Shown: positions 35,425-44,212 of the stretch, one piece after another
Layout of the letters: each line of letters begins with the position of its first letter
Numbering within the stretch: the first letter of the stretch is position 1
From: a virus
Lineage: Duplodnaviria > Heunggongvirae > Uroviricota > Caudoviricetes
IMG/VR virus record: IMGVR_UViG_3300037466_002980
Coordinates: 298,811 to 362,810 of that record
Length of the DNA: 64,000 bases
Reading direction: 5' to 3' (one strand)
The notes under the pieces: model-generated
What the model was told of the DNA's origin: nothing
What the model saw: the letters and a program-made list of their open reading frames with translations, nothing else
The model's database searches: none
Translations under genes and position numbers: made by a program

Positions 35425-35719
35425 ATTCGTATAGAAATTCTTTAATTAATTCATTAATATAATTCTCAGATAAATTAGTACCATTGGATTGACTGGCTTG
35501 TATAACGTACTTTTCAAAAGCATTATCCAATCTATCTGCTGTGATAGTCAAACCAACTTGGTTATTTTGTGTTTTATAATCAAATTCAAATGATGGATTT
35601 TTTATACGAATCTTTTCGATAAATCTATCCATTATGTAGAATGTTAAATCAAGTGGAAGAATTAATTCGTATTCTGTTACTGATATATTTCCGTATTTGA
35701 TAACATGTAATAAACTCAA
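35402..35719 (-). CDS. hypothetical protein of the 'M-S-L-x-x-V-I-K' paralog trio
   Basis: 'MSLLHVIKYGNISVTEYELILPL'. Confidence 0.45.
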   Translation of the reverse strand: MSLLHVIKYGNISVTEYELILPLDLTFYIMDRFIEKIRIKNPSFEFDYKTQNNQVGLTITADRLDNAFEKYVIQASQSNGTNLSENYINELIKEFLYEYDDTSCD

Positions 35720-35750
35720 TTCTTAATCCCTTATATGTCCATATATTCGA

Positions 35751-35936
35751 TTATAATTTTCTCGTTGCCATTCTCTTACTGTCCAACCATTTATGTGCAA
35801 TTCTATTTCTTTCGCTTGTCCAGATATTATAGGATTTAGGATCACCCTTATATTGATATTTTAATCTCTGAAACTCCGATTCTAAATGTTCAAAGGAACT
35901 CTTCTTTAATCGGTTAAATGTATCATCTTCGTTCAT
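35751..35936 (-). CDS. MTEEDTF-family small protein
   Basis: 'MNEDDTFNRLKKSSFEHL'. Confidence 0.5.
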   Translation of the reverse strand: MNEDDTFNRLKKSSFEHLESEFQRLKYQYKGDPKSYNIWTSERNRIAHKWLDSKRMATRKL

Positions 35937-36135
35937 TTAATGTCTTTTCATAATATTCGTTGAAATGAATAAACAACTGTTCATTATATTCACGACGAGT
36001 CCATCCATTACAACGAAATAGTGAATCCCAATCATAATCTCTCCCGGCATACTTACTATTGATTTCTGAAACTTTAGAAATCATTTCTAAAATCGGAGTT
36101 TTCCTTAAGGCGTTAAATGTATCGTCTTCTGTCAT
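35923..36135 (-). CDS. MTEEDTF-family small protein
   Basis: 'MTEDDTFNALRKTPILEM...NGWTRREY'. Confidence 0.55.
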   Translation of the reverse strand: MTEDDTFNALRKTPILEMISKVSEINSKYAGRDYDWDSLFRCNGWTRREYNEQLFIHFNEYYEKTLNERR

Positions 36136-36143
36136 TTTTCAAC

Positions 36144-36326
36144 TCATAATGAAGATCCACCTTGGTGTATCCAAAGTATGTATTCGCTGCGTTTCCACCC
36201 ATTTGCATTAAGTAGCTCATCAAAATTTCTTTTATCTTTAGAGTTAAGTCTCCAGAGCTTAATTTCGCCAATTAAATGCGGTATAGGAACTTTTTTCAAA
36301 AGACGAATTGTATCCTCTTCCTTCAA
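36144..36326 (-). CDS. MTEEDTF-family small protein
   Basis: 'MKEEDTIRLLKKVPIPHL...NGWKRSEY'. Confidence 0.5.
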   Translation of the reverse strand: MKEEDTIRLLKKVPIPHLIGEIKLWRLNSKDKRNFDELLNANGWKRSEYILWIHQGGSSL

Positions 36327-36559
36327 GATATATCGCCCCTAATCATAAGTGTTTCTTTAGTTCCTTCGACTCTGATTTCTCTAAATGTATATCCATTTTC
36401 TTTCCAGAACTCTTTCCATGTTTTTAACACAATTTCATTTTTGGTCTGAATTGCAATAATACTTACATCTTCTACTTCCTCGGTAAGAGAAAAATAGGAA
36501 TAACTTCCGTGTGATTTCTTAAAATATTTCAATACCAAATAGGTTTCATCAATGCTCAT
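36323..36559 (-). CDS. small protein of the N-terminal-motif type
   Basis: 'MSIDETYLVLKYF...LMIRGDIS'. Confidence 0.45.
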   Translation of the reverse strand: MSIDETYLVLKYFKKSHGSYSYFSLTEEVEDVSIIAIQTKNEIVLKTWKEFWKENGYTFREIRVEGTKETLMIRGDIS

Positions 36560-36753
36560 TTGAAAATTTCCTTATGATCGTCTATCCACACTGCTTGCCA
36601 AAAATCAATTCGATTCCATCCATATCCATTTAAAAATTCTGATTCTGTCAATAAATTTTCGTTGTCACCTTTAATGGTCCATTCTCTATATAATTCTCTC
36701 ATCTTTTCAAGAGAGGGCCTTTTTAATTTTCTAAAGGTATCTTCTTCAGTCAT
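36556..36753 (-). CDS. MTEEDTF-family small protein
   Basis: 'MTEEDTFRKLKRPSLEKM...YGWNRIDF'. Confidence 0.55.
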   Translation of the reverse strand: MTEEDTFRKLKRPSLEKMRELYREWTIKGDNENLLTESEFLNGYGWNRIDFWQAVWIDDHKEIFK

Positions 36754-36919
36754 TCCAACCTAACCTTTTTAATGCTTCTTCGACTATTTCATCATATGTC
36801 CAGCCTGTTCCATTTAGTGCTGAAATTCTATCTAGAATGTTTGTTGGCCTATTGAATACAGTTCTCGTTTCCTCATATGGCATCTTCTTCAATTTATTAA
36901 ATGTTTCTTCTTCACTCAT
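36746..36919 (-). CDS. MTEEDTF-family small protein, 57 aa (below the cutoff)
   Basis: translated by hand: 'MSEEETFNKLKKMPYEET...TGWTYDEI'; ATGA and ATGACTGA junctions. Confidence 0.45.
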   Translation of the reverse strand: MSEEETFNKLKKMPYEETRTVFNRPTNILDRISALNGTGWTYDEIVEEALKRLGWND

Positions 36920-37155
36920 ATCAACGAATCGTCCCTATAAACAAGTATTTGATTACCTAATGCTGACATCGAATAAGGAATATCACGTCGATGCCATGAT
37001 AATTTCCACGATAGTAATGGAGATATTTCTTTGAAGTTATTCGGATCATAAAGAAAAGCCATTACCTCATCATCAGTCGCAAAAATTGTGACCGAAAAAT
37101 GAGTTTCAATACGATATTTCAAACTTAAAAGCGTAATTCTTTCATCATCTATCAT
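36916..37155 (-). CDS. family C small protein with the motif at the N-terminus
   Basis: 'MIDDERITLLSLKYR...ILVYRDDSLI'. Confidence 0.5.
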   Translation of the reverse strand: MIDDERITLLSLKYRIETHFSVTIFATDDEVMAFLYDPNNFKEISPLLSWKLSWHRRDIPYSMSALGNQILVYRDDSLI

Positions 37156-37382
37156 AATGCATCATTTCTAACCACATACACATAATTGCCAATCTTATGA
37201 AGGGAATATTTACGTTCGCTTAGTTTAAATCGATATTGCCATGATCTGACTATACTAACGTGATTAGATCTTACGGCCATTGTTTCAAAACCCTTTTCGG
37301 TTTCCTTATAATAAGAATCGAAATATCTTCCAATTCTTTTATTAAATTTTAATTCTAATAATATTTCTATTTCATCATTCAT
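37152..37382 (-). CDS. family C small protein
   Basis: 'MNDEIEILLELKFN...YVYVVRNDAL'. Confidence 0.55.
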   Translation of the reverse strand: MNDEIEILLELKFNKRIGRYFDSYYKETEKGFETMAVRSNHVSIVRSWQYRFKLSERKYSLHKIGNYVYVVRNDAL

Positions 37383-37603
37383 AGAGCGTCTTCTCGAACC
37401 AATAGTATAACATCGTTTTCATCGATTCGTCTATAATCAATGTGATGTGCGTCCCAGTATGTTTCCCAACCACCGGCTAGATATTTATAATCCTCGTTTT
37501 TAATTAAAACCGACATCGTTAAGTTATTATCGACAAATATTTCATACGTATAATAATTTCTGTGTTGATATTTTAATGACAAAATTATTAACAATTCATT
37601 CAT
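37379..37603 (-). CDS. family C small protein
   Basis: 'MNELLIILSLKYQ...VILLVREDAL'. Confidence 0.55.
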   Translation of the reverse strand: MNELLIILSLKYQHRNYYTYEIFVDNNLTMSVLIKNEDYKYLAGGWETYWDAHHIDYRRIDENDVILLVREDAL

Positions 37604-37824
37604 AATGCATCCATTCTAACTACGAGTATCCTATCATTATCGATAAAAGTTTTTGCTGGAATACCTGCATCTTTCCAAATTGTTAATATTGTTTTAGTTG
37701 ATCTATCATTAATATTAGTCCAGATTGCAACTGTAAAGTTATTCTGATTATAGAATGCTATACAATCAGGATAATACTTATTCATCCTATATTTCAATTT
37801 TAGAATTGTTAGTATTTCGTTCAT
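37600..37824 (-). CDS. family C small protein
   Basis: 'MNEILTILKLKYR...RILVVRMDAL'. Confidence 0.55.
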   Translation of the reverse strand: MNEILTILKLKYRMNKYYPDCIAFYNQNNFTVAIWTNINDRSTKTILTIWKDAGIPAKTFIDNDRILVVRMDAL

Positions 37825-38038
37825 AACGAATTAGAAAAGTATAACTGCCAATCACTTCTTCTGAATAAGGATATAATCGATTATAGTCAAAGGAATTCTT
37901 CCAGCGCTCTAACATCGTGGGATTGTTGCTATGAATCCTGACTGCCCAAACTCTTGTATCTTCATCAAAATATACACTGCCGTAAGGCCTTTCTACCTCT
38001 TTATATTTTAATCCGAGAAAGGTTTCAATTTCAGACAT
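37787..38038 (-). CDS. family C small protein
   Basis: 'MSEIETFLGLKYK...YTFLIRYERN'. Confidence 0.5.
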   Translation of the reverse strand: MSEIETFLGLKYKEVERPYGSVYFDEDTRVWAVRIHSNNPTMLERWKNSFDYNRLYPYSEEVIGSYTFLIRYERNTNNSKIEI

Positions 38039-38267
38039 AATCTGTTCTTACTAACCAATGATATTTTTTATTTCCGAAAAACTTCCATGTCCTGTGATAA
38101 TAACAACTTTTCACTTTATTTAATTCACCTATGGAATCTGTCTTATAAAATATTAATTCACCCTTCTCATTCCGAATATAAGAATAAAAGACTCCCTTCT
38201 CTATTCCTTCTTCATGATCCGGATATTTCAATCTCAGATAAGTTTCGAGTTCATGTATGTTGGACAT
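38031..38267 (-). CDS. family C small protein
   Basis: 'MSNIHELETYLRLKYP...YHWLVRTDYV'. Confidence 0.5.
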   Translation of the reverse strand: MSNIHELETYLRLKYPDHEEGIEKGVFYSYIRNEKGELIFYKTDSIGELNKVKSCYYHRTWKFFGNKKYHWLVRTDYV

Positions 38268-38505
38268 ATTCTTTTCTTATTAGAAATATAAATCCATCCC
38301 GATTAATTTCCGAAAACATATTCATGTTGACAGGATTATTCCTCTTAACACGTTCAATCAATTCTCTTGATGCTGTTTTATAGAATACCAGTCTAAATTT
38401 TTCATCCAGAATATAAAAATATTCTGCATATGGAAAAGAAACAGTATAACAACCCGAATAACAATTGTTATATTTTAATCGAAGAAAAGCTTCAATTTCA
38501 TTCAT
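38251..38505 (-). CDS. family C small protein
   Basis: 'MNEIEAFLRLKYN...FIFLIRKEYV'. Confidence 0.5.
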   Translation of the reverse strand: MNEIEAFLRLKYNNCYSGCYTVSFPYAEYFYILDEKFRLVFYKTASRELIERVKRNNPVNMNMFSEINRDGFIFLIRKEYVQHT

Positions 38506-38735
38506 AATGCATATTCTTTTATGATAAGTATTCTGTTTTTCTTCTTATATCTCTTATATGGAACAGAAATTTTATTCCAATGTACTTCCCATCTGCGAAT
38601 CAAGTCTAAATTATCCTCGCATTTATTTTTGGTTAATATACCAATTAATTGTTCATCAGAATTATCAATTCTTATAAAGTCTTTATATTCTCTAAAATTA
38701 TATTTTAGTTTCAATAGAATTAGGATTTCATTCAT
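38502..38735 (-). CDS. family C small protein
   Basis: 'MNEILILLKLKYN...RILIIKEYAL'. Confidence 0.55.
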   Translation of the reverse strand: MNEILILLKLKYNFREYKDFIRIDNSDEQLIGILTKNKCEDNLDLIRRWEVHWNKISVPYKRYKKKNRILIIKEYAL

Positions 38736-38971
38736 AACACATCATTTCTAACTAAAATAATATATTCATGTGTCCTATATTCAGTGAATGAAATATTTTC
38801 TAAATGCCATAAATTTGTCCAGTCTGACAATTTTTTCAAATCATATATCTTAGCATATAATACCTGGCCGGTTTCAGCATTACGAAAATATTCATATGAA
38901 CGCTTAGGTGTAGAAGGTATTTCCATCATACCTTTATATTTCAACGCAATCAAAGTTTCAATCTCATGCAT
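38732..38971 (-). CDS. family C small protein
   Basis: 'MHEIETLIALKYK...YIILVRNDVL'. Confidence 0.55.
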   Translation of the reverse strand: MHEIETLIALKYKGMMEIPSTPKRSYEYFRNAETGQVLYAKIYDLKKLSDWTNLWHLENISFTEYRTHEYIILVRNDVL

Positions 38972-39206
38972 GATCTGTTCTTACCAGGTAATAGAATTCA
39001 TCCTGTGTATATTCTTCAAACTGAAATTTTTCATCTGACCATATTTCTTTAACAGTATCGGATAATATCTTGCTAGTGGTTTTATGAAAAATCAAATCAA
39101 CCTCATCATCCCATATAATCCAAGTTTTTGATCCATTGGTATGGTTATACCCTTGATCGGAATATTTCATCCTTAAAAAAGATTCTATTTCATTAATATC
39201 AGACAT
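38964..39206 (-). CDS. family C small protein
   Basis: 'MSDINEIESFLRMKYS...YYLVRTDHA'. Confidence 0.55.
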   Translation of the reverse strand: MSDINEIESFLRMKYSDQGYNHTNGSKTWIIWDDEVDLIFHKTTSKILSDTVKEIWSDEKFQFEEYTQDEFYYLVRTDHA

Positions 39207-39447
39207 GATCTATTCTTACTAGATAGTAGAATTCATCCTTTTTATATTCTTTAAATTGAATGTCTACATTTGCTAACCAGGTTCCTCTAACAGAATCGAT
39301 TAATTTTTCATTTGTGCTCTTGAAGAAAATTGGAACAGATTTACAATCCCATATAATCCAAGTTTTCGATCCAAAAAGTTCAGAACATGAGTGATAAGGA
39401 TGTTTCATCCTTAAAAAGAATTCGAGTTCTTCAATATTTTCTGTCAT
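39199..39447 (-). CDS. family C small protein
   Basis: 'MTENIEELEFFLRMKHP...YYLVRIDHV'. Confidence 0.55.
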   Translation of the reverse strand: MTENIEELEFFLRMKHPYHSCSELFGSKTWIIWDCKSVPIFFKSTNEKLIDSVRGTWLANVDIQFKEYKKDEFYYLVRIDHV

Positions 39448-39462
39448 TTTTCTTCAAACTAC

Positions 39463-39735
39463 CTAACACATTAATTTAACAAGAATCATTAATTCATCTG
39501 CCAATTTATGTAATTCATCACTGCTTAATTTTTCAGATGGATTATAAATAAATCTTGGTTCATCATATCCTCGATTGAATCTAATTAGATATTTTTTGCT
39601 AACTGTTACATATGATAGGTCATTCGTAACCGATACTATATCATAGTTAGTAACCAATCCAGTTGAATAATATCTATTCCTATAAAGAACATCTACATCA
39701 TCTGATTTTCTTTCATTCCAATCTTTTATTATCAT
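39463..39735 (-). CDS. MIIKDW-family small protein (family D)
   Basis: 'MIIKDWNERK...KLADELMILVKLMC'. Confidence 0.55.
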   Translation of the reverse strand: MIIKDWNERKSDDVDVLYRNRYYSTGLVTNYDIVSVTNDLSYVTVSKKYLIRFNRGYDEPRFIYNPSEKLSSDELHKLADELMILVKLMC

Positions 39736-40022
39736 ATTTCGTCCATTAATTTAACAATAATATATATTTCCTCTGCAAATTTTTTTATTTCTCTCTCTTC
39801 TTTTATGGAAGCAGGAATAATATAGATATATTTAATAGCATCATATGAATTAATAAATCTGATTATTTTTCTTGGTCCGAAAAAATCTAATTCGGTTATT
39901 GGTTCATTGACACTTTTAATTTCATATCCGACTATTGGAAAAATACTTTTAGAACGAACTCTAAATAAGATTCCATCATCCTCTTTTAAATATGTTCTAT
40001 CCTCCCAATCTTTTATTATCAT
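39732..40022 (-). CDS. MIIKDW-family small protein (family D)
   Basis: 'MIIKDWEDRT...KFAEEIYIIVKLMDEI'. Confidence 0.55.
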   Translation of the reverse strand: MIIKDWEDRTYLKEDDGILFRVRSKSIFPIVGYEIKSVNEPITELDFFGPRKIIRFINSYDAIKYIYIIPASIKEEREIKKFAEEIYIIVKLMDEI

Positions 40023-40025
40023 ATT

Positions 40026-40316
40026 TCAGCCCATTAGTTTAATAATAACAAATAGTTCTTTTAGGTACTTGTTTAATTTTTCATTATCATCTAAATAGAA
40101 TGGAAGAATATAGATATATTTAACACCGTTTACTGAACTAAAAAATCTAACTATTTTTCGTTGTCCATTCATATCCAGCGTAGAAATTGTTCTATTGACA
40201 GTTCTAATTTCATAATTGTCTATTCTTACTGGATAATTTTCCTTAGAAACTTTGAATAGAGTTTCATCTTTTTCTTCCACAGAGTTTGTTCTATCCTCCC
40301 AATCTTTTATTATCAT
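40026..40316 (-). CDS. MIIKDW-family small protein (family D)
   Basis: 'MIIKDWEDRT...YLKELFVIIKLMG'. Confidence 0.55.
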   Translation of the reverse strand: MIIKDWEDRTNSVEEKDETLFKVSKENYPVRIDNYEIRTVNRTISTLDMNGQRKIVRFFSSVNGVKYIYILPFYLDDNEKLNKYLKELFVIIKLMG

Positions 40317-40319
40317 ATT

Positions 40320-40619
40320 TCAACCCATTAATTTAATGAAAATCATTAATTCATCTGCTAATTTGTTGCTTTCTTCGGAGGATATGGATTTAGGAAGTAC
40401 ATAGATATATTTTATATGATATTTAGACATGAATCTAATTACAAATCTAGTTGATGTTTCTGATAAACGACCAATGTTGTTTTCATCGACCGAAATTATA
40501 TCGTAACCTGTGACAGGATGTTTTTCCCATAACGAATTTAATTCATGAACCCTATATAGGGCATGATCCTCAAAATAATCGTTTTTCCTGGTGTACCAAT
40601 CCTGTACATTCATTTTCAA
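40320..40619 (-). CDS. MIIKDW-family small protein (family D)
   Basis: '...KLADELMIFIKLMG'. Confidence 0.55.
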   Translation of the reverse strand: MKMNVQDWYTRKNDYFEDHALYRVHELNSLWEKHPVTGYDIISVDENNIGRLSETSTRFVIRFMSKYHIKYIYVLPKSISSEESNKLADELMIFIKLMG

Positions 40620-40897
40620 CTCATTAATTTAATAATAATAAAAAGTTCTTCTGCCAATCTATTCATTTCTTCACATGACATAAATTTGGGAAGAGTATAG
40701 ATATATCTCACAGCCGCAAATTCATCTAAGAATCTAATTATGAATCTATCAGACACTGTTGATAGATAAGAAAGTGATGGTTCGTCTACTCTTATCACAT
40801 CATATTTTACAGGTGCATGGATACCAAGAAAGACTTGATAAAGAACATGCTCCTCGCAATGAGTTCTATCTCTTTTATTCCAATCCTTCACAACCAT
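40616..40897 (-). CDS. MIIKDW-family small protein (family D)
   Basis: 'MVVKDWNKRD...RLAEELFIIIKLMS'. Confidence 0.55.
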   Translation of the reverse strand: MVVKDWNKRDRTHCEEHVLYQVFLGIHAPVKYDVIRVDEPSLSYLSTVSDRFIIRFLDEFAAVRYIYTLPKFMSCEEMNRLAEELFIIIKLMS

Positions 40898-40982
40898 CAG
40901 ATCACCTCATATATCTTATTGTATTATAAATCCAATGAGTTAGTCAATTGACAGAGTTATCAAAATTCTATATATTGTTTCA

Positions 40983-41948
40983 ATGAAAAATATGAAATTA
41001 CATCAATGTCAAAATTCCGAATGTCAGAATATAGCATTAAAGGACAGATATGGAAATTATAAAAGGTACTGTTCTGAGGAATGTCGGAATGCTACGACTA
41101 AACTAAAATACAAAGACACTTATTCTAGGAAAGACATGGTTGCTATACTTAAAAAACGCGAAAAAACCAATATGTCTAAATACGACAAGGCCAACGTAGC
41201 ACAGACAGATCAAGTACGCGAGACTCTTCGTAAAACTACTACAGCCACAATTGATATCCGTTTACAGAAAACTAAAGAAACGAATATGCGTAATTATGGA
41301 GTTGAAAGTACGAATTCTCTACCAGAGATTAAAGAGAAGAAAAAGAAAACTTTTCAAGAAAGGTACGGTGTTGACCATCAACTTCAAATACCAGAGATAG
41401 CTTCCAAGGTTTCTGAAAAGAATTCAGAAAATGCACAAGAGAGATTGGCTGTTGCCGCCATTACTAAGGAAGAGAGGTATGGTGATAAGAATTATAATAA
41501 TAGGGAGAAGTACGTTGAAACCTGTTTAGAGAAATTTGGAGTGGAAAATCCATCACAAGATCCTGGCGTACATCAGAAGAAGCTCGAAAGCGATTATCGA
41601 TCTAAGGAATATATCTTCCCTTCTGGTAGAAGAGTAATAGTTCAAGGACACGAACCACAGGGAATTAACTTATTATTGAAATCTTATAAGGAAGAAGATC
41701 TCATGATTGGAATTACAGAAGTTCCCAGAATTAAATACGGAAATGGAAAAGGAAGAGGTGCATATTATTTTCCCGATATCTATATTCCAAAGGAAAATCT
41801 AATAATAGAAGTCAAGTCCCAACATACCTATAATGATAATACACCAAAACATCATCAGAAGGCAAGGGCGTGTATCGAATTAGGATATAAATTTAAATTT
41901 TTGGTTATCGAAAAGAATGGTTCATATTATTATTTAGATATTACATAA
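40983..41948 (+). CDS. zinc-finger protein with tandem ~30-aa 'xRYGVxxxxQxPEIxxK' repeats and a C-terminal PD-(D/E)xK-like nuclease motif; possibly a free-standing endonuclease
   Basis: N-terminal 'CQNSECQ...CSEECRN'; three or more 'RNYGVESTNSLPEIKEK' / 'ERYGVDHQLQIPEIASK' repeats; C-terminal 'YFPDIYIPKENLIIEVKSQ'; sole plus-strand gene between minus-strand arrays. Confidence 0.5.
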   Translation: MKNMKLHQCQNSECQNIALKDRYGNYKRYCSEECRNATTKLKYKDTYSRKDMVAILKKREKTNMSKYDKANVAQTDQVRETLRKTTTATIDIRLQKTKETNMRNYGVESTNSLPEIKEKKKKTFQERYGVDHQLQIPEIASKVSEKNSENAQERLAVAAITKEERYGDKNYNNREKYVETCLEKFGVENPSQDPGVHQKKLESDYRSKEYIFPSGRRVIVQGHEPQGINLLLKSYKEEDLMIGITEVPRIKYGNGKGRGAYYFPDIYIPKENLIIEVKSQHTYNDNTPKHHQKARACIELGYKFKFLVIEKNGSYYYLDIT

Positions 41949-41950
41949 CA

Positions 41951-41976
41951 AAAACCGCCCGAAGGCGGTTTTTTGG
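41951..41976 (+). terminator. bidirectional rho-independent terminator between convergent genes
   Basis: AAAACCGCC-CGAA-GGCGGTTTTTT. Confidence 0.65.
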
Positions 41977-42004
41977 TTGACAATTGTAGCAATTTCGTGC
42001 TACA
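41975..42004 (+). promoter_or_regulatory. perfect 9-bp inverted repeat ATTGTAGCA-N6-TGCTACAAT overlapping a sigma70-like TTGACA-N18-TACAAT
   Basis: read directly from the sequence; it points antisense into the AAA+ gene, so function is unknown (operator, antisense promoter or second hairpin). Confidence 0.3.
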
Positions 42005-42018
42005 ATAATAGGTTCCCG

Positions 42019-43230
42019 TCAATCTTCGAGAATATACTTCCCGAACTTGTCATGGAAGGCCTTGAACGTCTTCATCTCACGGTGGTTGATCGGAAGTGCG
42101 TAATCACGGAGGGCCGTCTTCGCACCGAGCACGATCATTTCCGTCTGGAAGTTGTCCATCATGTACTGGAAGAAGAAGTCCACGCACTTGTGCCAATCGG
42201 ACATCGTGAACTTGTCATCCTTGTCGTTCGCCTTCGTACGACCCAGCCATTCCTGCAGCGTGTAGCACATGGAGATGGTGAGCGAGTACATGGCGCTCAG
42301 GTCCTTGACGTTCAGCTTCGTTTCCTTGCCCGTCAGCACATCTTCCGGCTTCGGCATCTTTGCCGCCACCTTCCGGTGTTGCGCGAACTCGGTTGCGAGA
42401 CCTTCACCAACCGTGCCGGCCACAAGTGCCGTGTTCATCGATTCGGGAAGTTCGTCCGTGATCAGCTGCGAAACGAACACCCAGGACCGCGGAGTTGCGA
42501 ACGCCTTGTCCGGGCTCTTCGGATCGAAGTTGAACAGCTTCTGCTTGTGATGGGAAAGGAAGCCCACCACGTCAGCGTGAACGCGAGCCATGATGGCCCA
42601 CTTCTGCCAGTCGTCGAAGTTAGACGTCATCTCGATGTGAACGAGACGGTTTGCCAACGGACTGGGCATACGGTAGGTAACACCCTTGTCACTGTCTCGG
42701 TTGCCGGCGCACACCATCGACACGCCATCCGGCAACTTGTATTCGCCGACGCGACGGTTCAGGATCAGCTGGTAAGCCGCGGCCTGCACGCTCGGAGGAG
42801 CAGCGTTGATTTCATCCAGGAACAGAATTGCTTTGCTGAATTCTTGTGCAATCTTCAGCGTTTCCAGCTTCTGGGTTTTTTCGTGGATCTCGTCTTCGTC
42901 CTTGCCTTCGATGGCCAGCGAGAGTGCCTTCTTGGCACGATTGATATCACGTTCAGTGATGGTTTGCGGCAGGTCCGCCGGTTGAGCCCAACGCATCGTC
43001 TGCGTGGCGGGATCATAGAACGGAATGCCCTTGATGTCGGTCGGTTCCAACAGAAGCAGACGCATGTCGATAACGGGGCGCTTTTGTTCCGCACCGATTT
43101 CAGCAATCAGTTCGGACTTGCCAATGCCGGGGGGTCCCCAAATCATTGCGGGGCGTCCAACCCGCATACAACGTTGCAGAAGTGTTTTTACGTCACGGGG
43201 ACGTTCTGCGCGATGAGTGTCAATAGCCAT
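42019..43230 (-). CDS. MoxR-like AAA+ ATPase of the AAA_5 / CbbQ / CobS-like clade
   Basis: Walker A 'GPPGIGKS', Walker B 'ILFLDEIN' and sensor 'VCAGNRD'; AGGAG Shine-Dalgarno; GC-rich island; the 442-aa plus-strand ORF across it is antisense. Confidence 0.65.
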   Translation of the reverse strand: MAIDTHRAERPRDVKTLLQRCMRVGRPAMIWGPPGIGKSELIAEIGAEQKRPVIDMRLLLLEPTDIKGIPFYDPATQTMRWAQPADLPQTITERDINRAKKALSLAIEGKDEDEIHEKTQKLETLKIAQEFSKAILFLDEINAAPPSVQAAAYQLILNRRVGEYKLPDGVSMVCAGNRDSDKGVTYRMPSPLANRLVHIEMTSNFDDWQKWAIMARVHADVVGFLSHHKQKLFNFDPKSPDKAFATPRSWVFVSQLITDELPESMNTALVAGTVGEGLATEFAQHRKVAAKMPKPEDVLTGKETKLNVKDLSAMYSLTISMCYTLQEWLGRTKANDKDDKFTMSDWHKCVDFFFQYMMDNFQTEMIVLGAKTALRDYALPINHREMKTFKAFHDKFGKYILED

Positions 43231-43347
43231 CTAAGTGTTCTCCTTGGTGGGGTTAAAAAGTTTGTGTATATGTATTGTGTCTTATACCAGCGTGTCTGTC
43301 AATAGGTTAAGAGTAAATTGTCTAATATCTTCCCTCTTTGTTTTCAA

Positions 43348-43653
43348 TTATTGTTCATCCTCATCAGAATAATATTGAAATTTTAGTTTCCACATTAAAA
43401 ATCCTTCATCAGAATTGAATTTTACGAAATTCCTACCAAAATCGTTATCTAAACAGTTTTGAATAACAAAATCACAATCAAAATTTGATAATTCGATAAT
43501 TGCACATTCATCAAATTGAAGATTATATTCTTGACCGCGTTTACCGCTGAGTTGAGCTATATTGGTTTGACGAATGTATCTTGCAAAATTCGTCCAACAT
43601 TTATAATCAGAATGATCTATTGATTGATGTTTGTATATATCAAAACTTTTCAT
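43348..43653 (-). CDS. family E (NWW array) small protein with a C-terminal motif
   Basis: 'DEGFLMWKLKFQYYSDEDEQ'. Confidence 0.5.
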   Translation of the reverse strand: MKSFDIYKHQSIDHSDYKCWTNFARYIRQTNIAQLSGKRGQEYNLQFDECAIIELSNFDCDFVIQNCLDNDFGRNFVKFNSDEGFLMWKLKFQYYSDEDEQ

Positions 43654-43655
43654 AA

Positions 43656-43946
43656 TTATTTTAGGTGTTCTGATACAGGATTGAAATTGTGATTAAATCT
43701 GATAAGGAATGCAGTTCGATCTTCTTCAGTCTCAAATATTACACTTGCAGGCGAATCGTCGGAAATGTCTCCTATGAATTTTGCATGAAATATTGCCAAT
43801 ACATCGAAAATACAATTGTCTCTGTATGTACCATTTTCTCTATTAGTTTCTGTTATAAAATTTATTTCAACGTAGTCGATAAAATTTTTCCACCAATTTG
43901 GACATTGATCGAATTCACCATTTAATTCTAAACTATATTCATTCAT
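43656..43946 (-). CDS. family E small protein
   Basis: 'CPNWWKNFIDY...FETEEDRTAFLIRFNHNF'. Confidence 0.55.
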   Translation of the reverse strand: MNEYSLELNGEFDQCPNWWKNFIDYVEINFITETNRENGTYRDNCIFDVLAIFHAKFIGDISDDSPASVIFETEEDRTAFLIRFNHNFNPVSEHLK

Positions 43947-44212
43947 TTTATTATTCTTTCACTATAAAATTTATCTGGAAATTTTAATTTAAATATCATA
44001 TAATCTTCGTTGGATTTAAACCAAATTCTATATCCTAATCCAGGATATACTCCAAAATAGAAATTATCTTCTATATTCTTATGTAAATATTCAAGAAAAA
44101 AATCGCTGAAGAAACCAATACCGAAAAGTGCAGAGGAGTATCGAGATGATAGGAAGATATGTTCTGAATCGGTCCTATAATATTTCTGTTTTAGAAAAAA
44201 CTTATCTTCCAT
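43943..44212 (-). CDS. family E small protein
   Basis: 'FKSNEDYMIFKLKFPDKF'. Confidence 0.5.
   Translation of the reverse strand: MEDKFFLKQKYYRTDSEHIFLSSRYSSALFGIGFFSDFFLEYLHKNIEDNFYFGVYPGLGYRIWFKSNEDYMIFKLKFPDKFYSERIIK

Noticed and set aside
41977-43305. 442-aa plus-strand ORF
   Set aside because: Arg/His/Leu-rich antisense reading of the GC-rich MoxR ATPase gene. The minus-strand frame carries clear Walker motifs.
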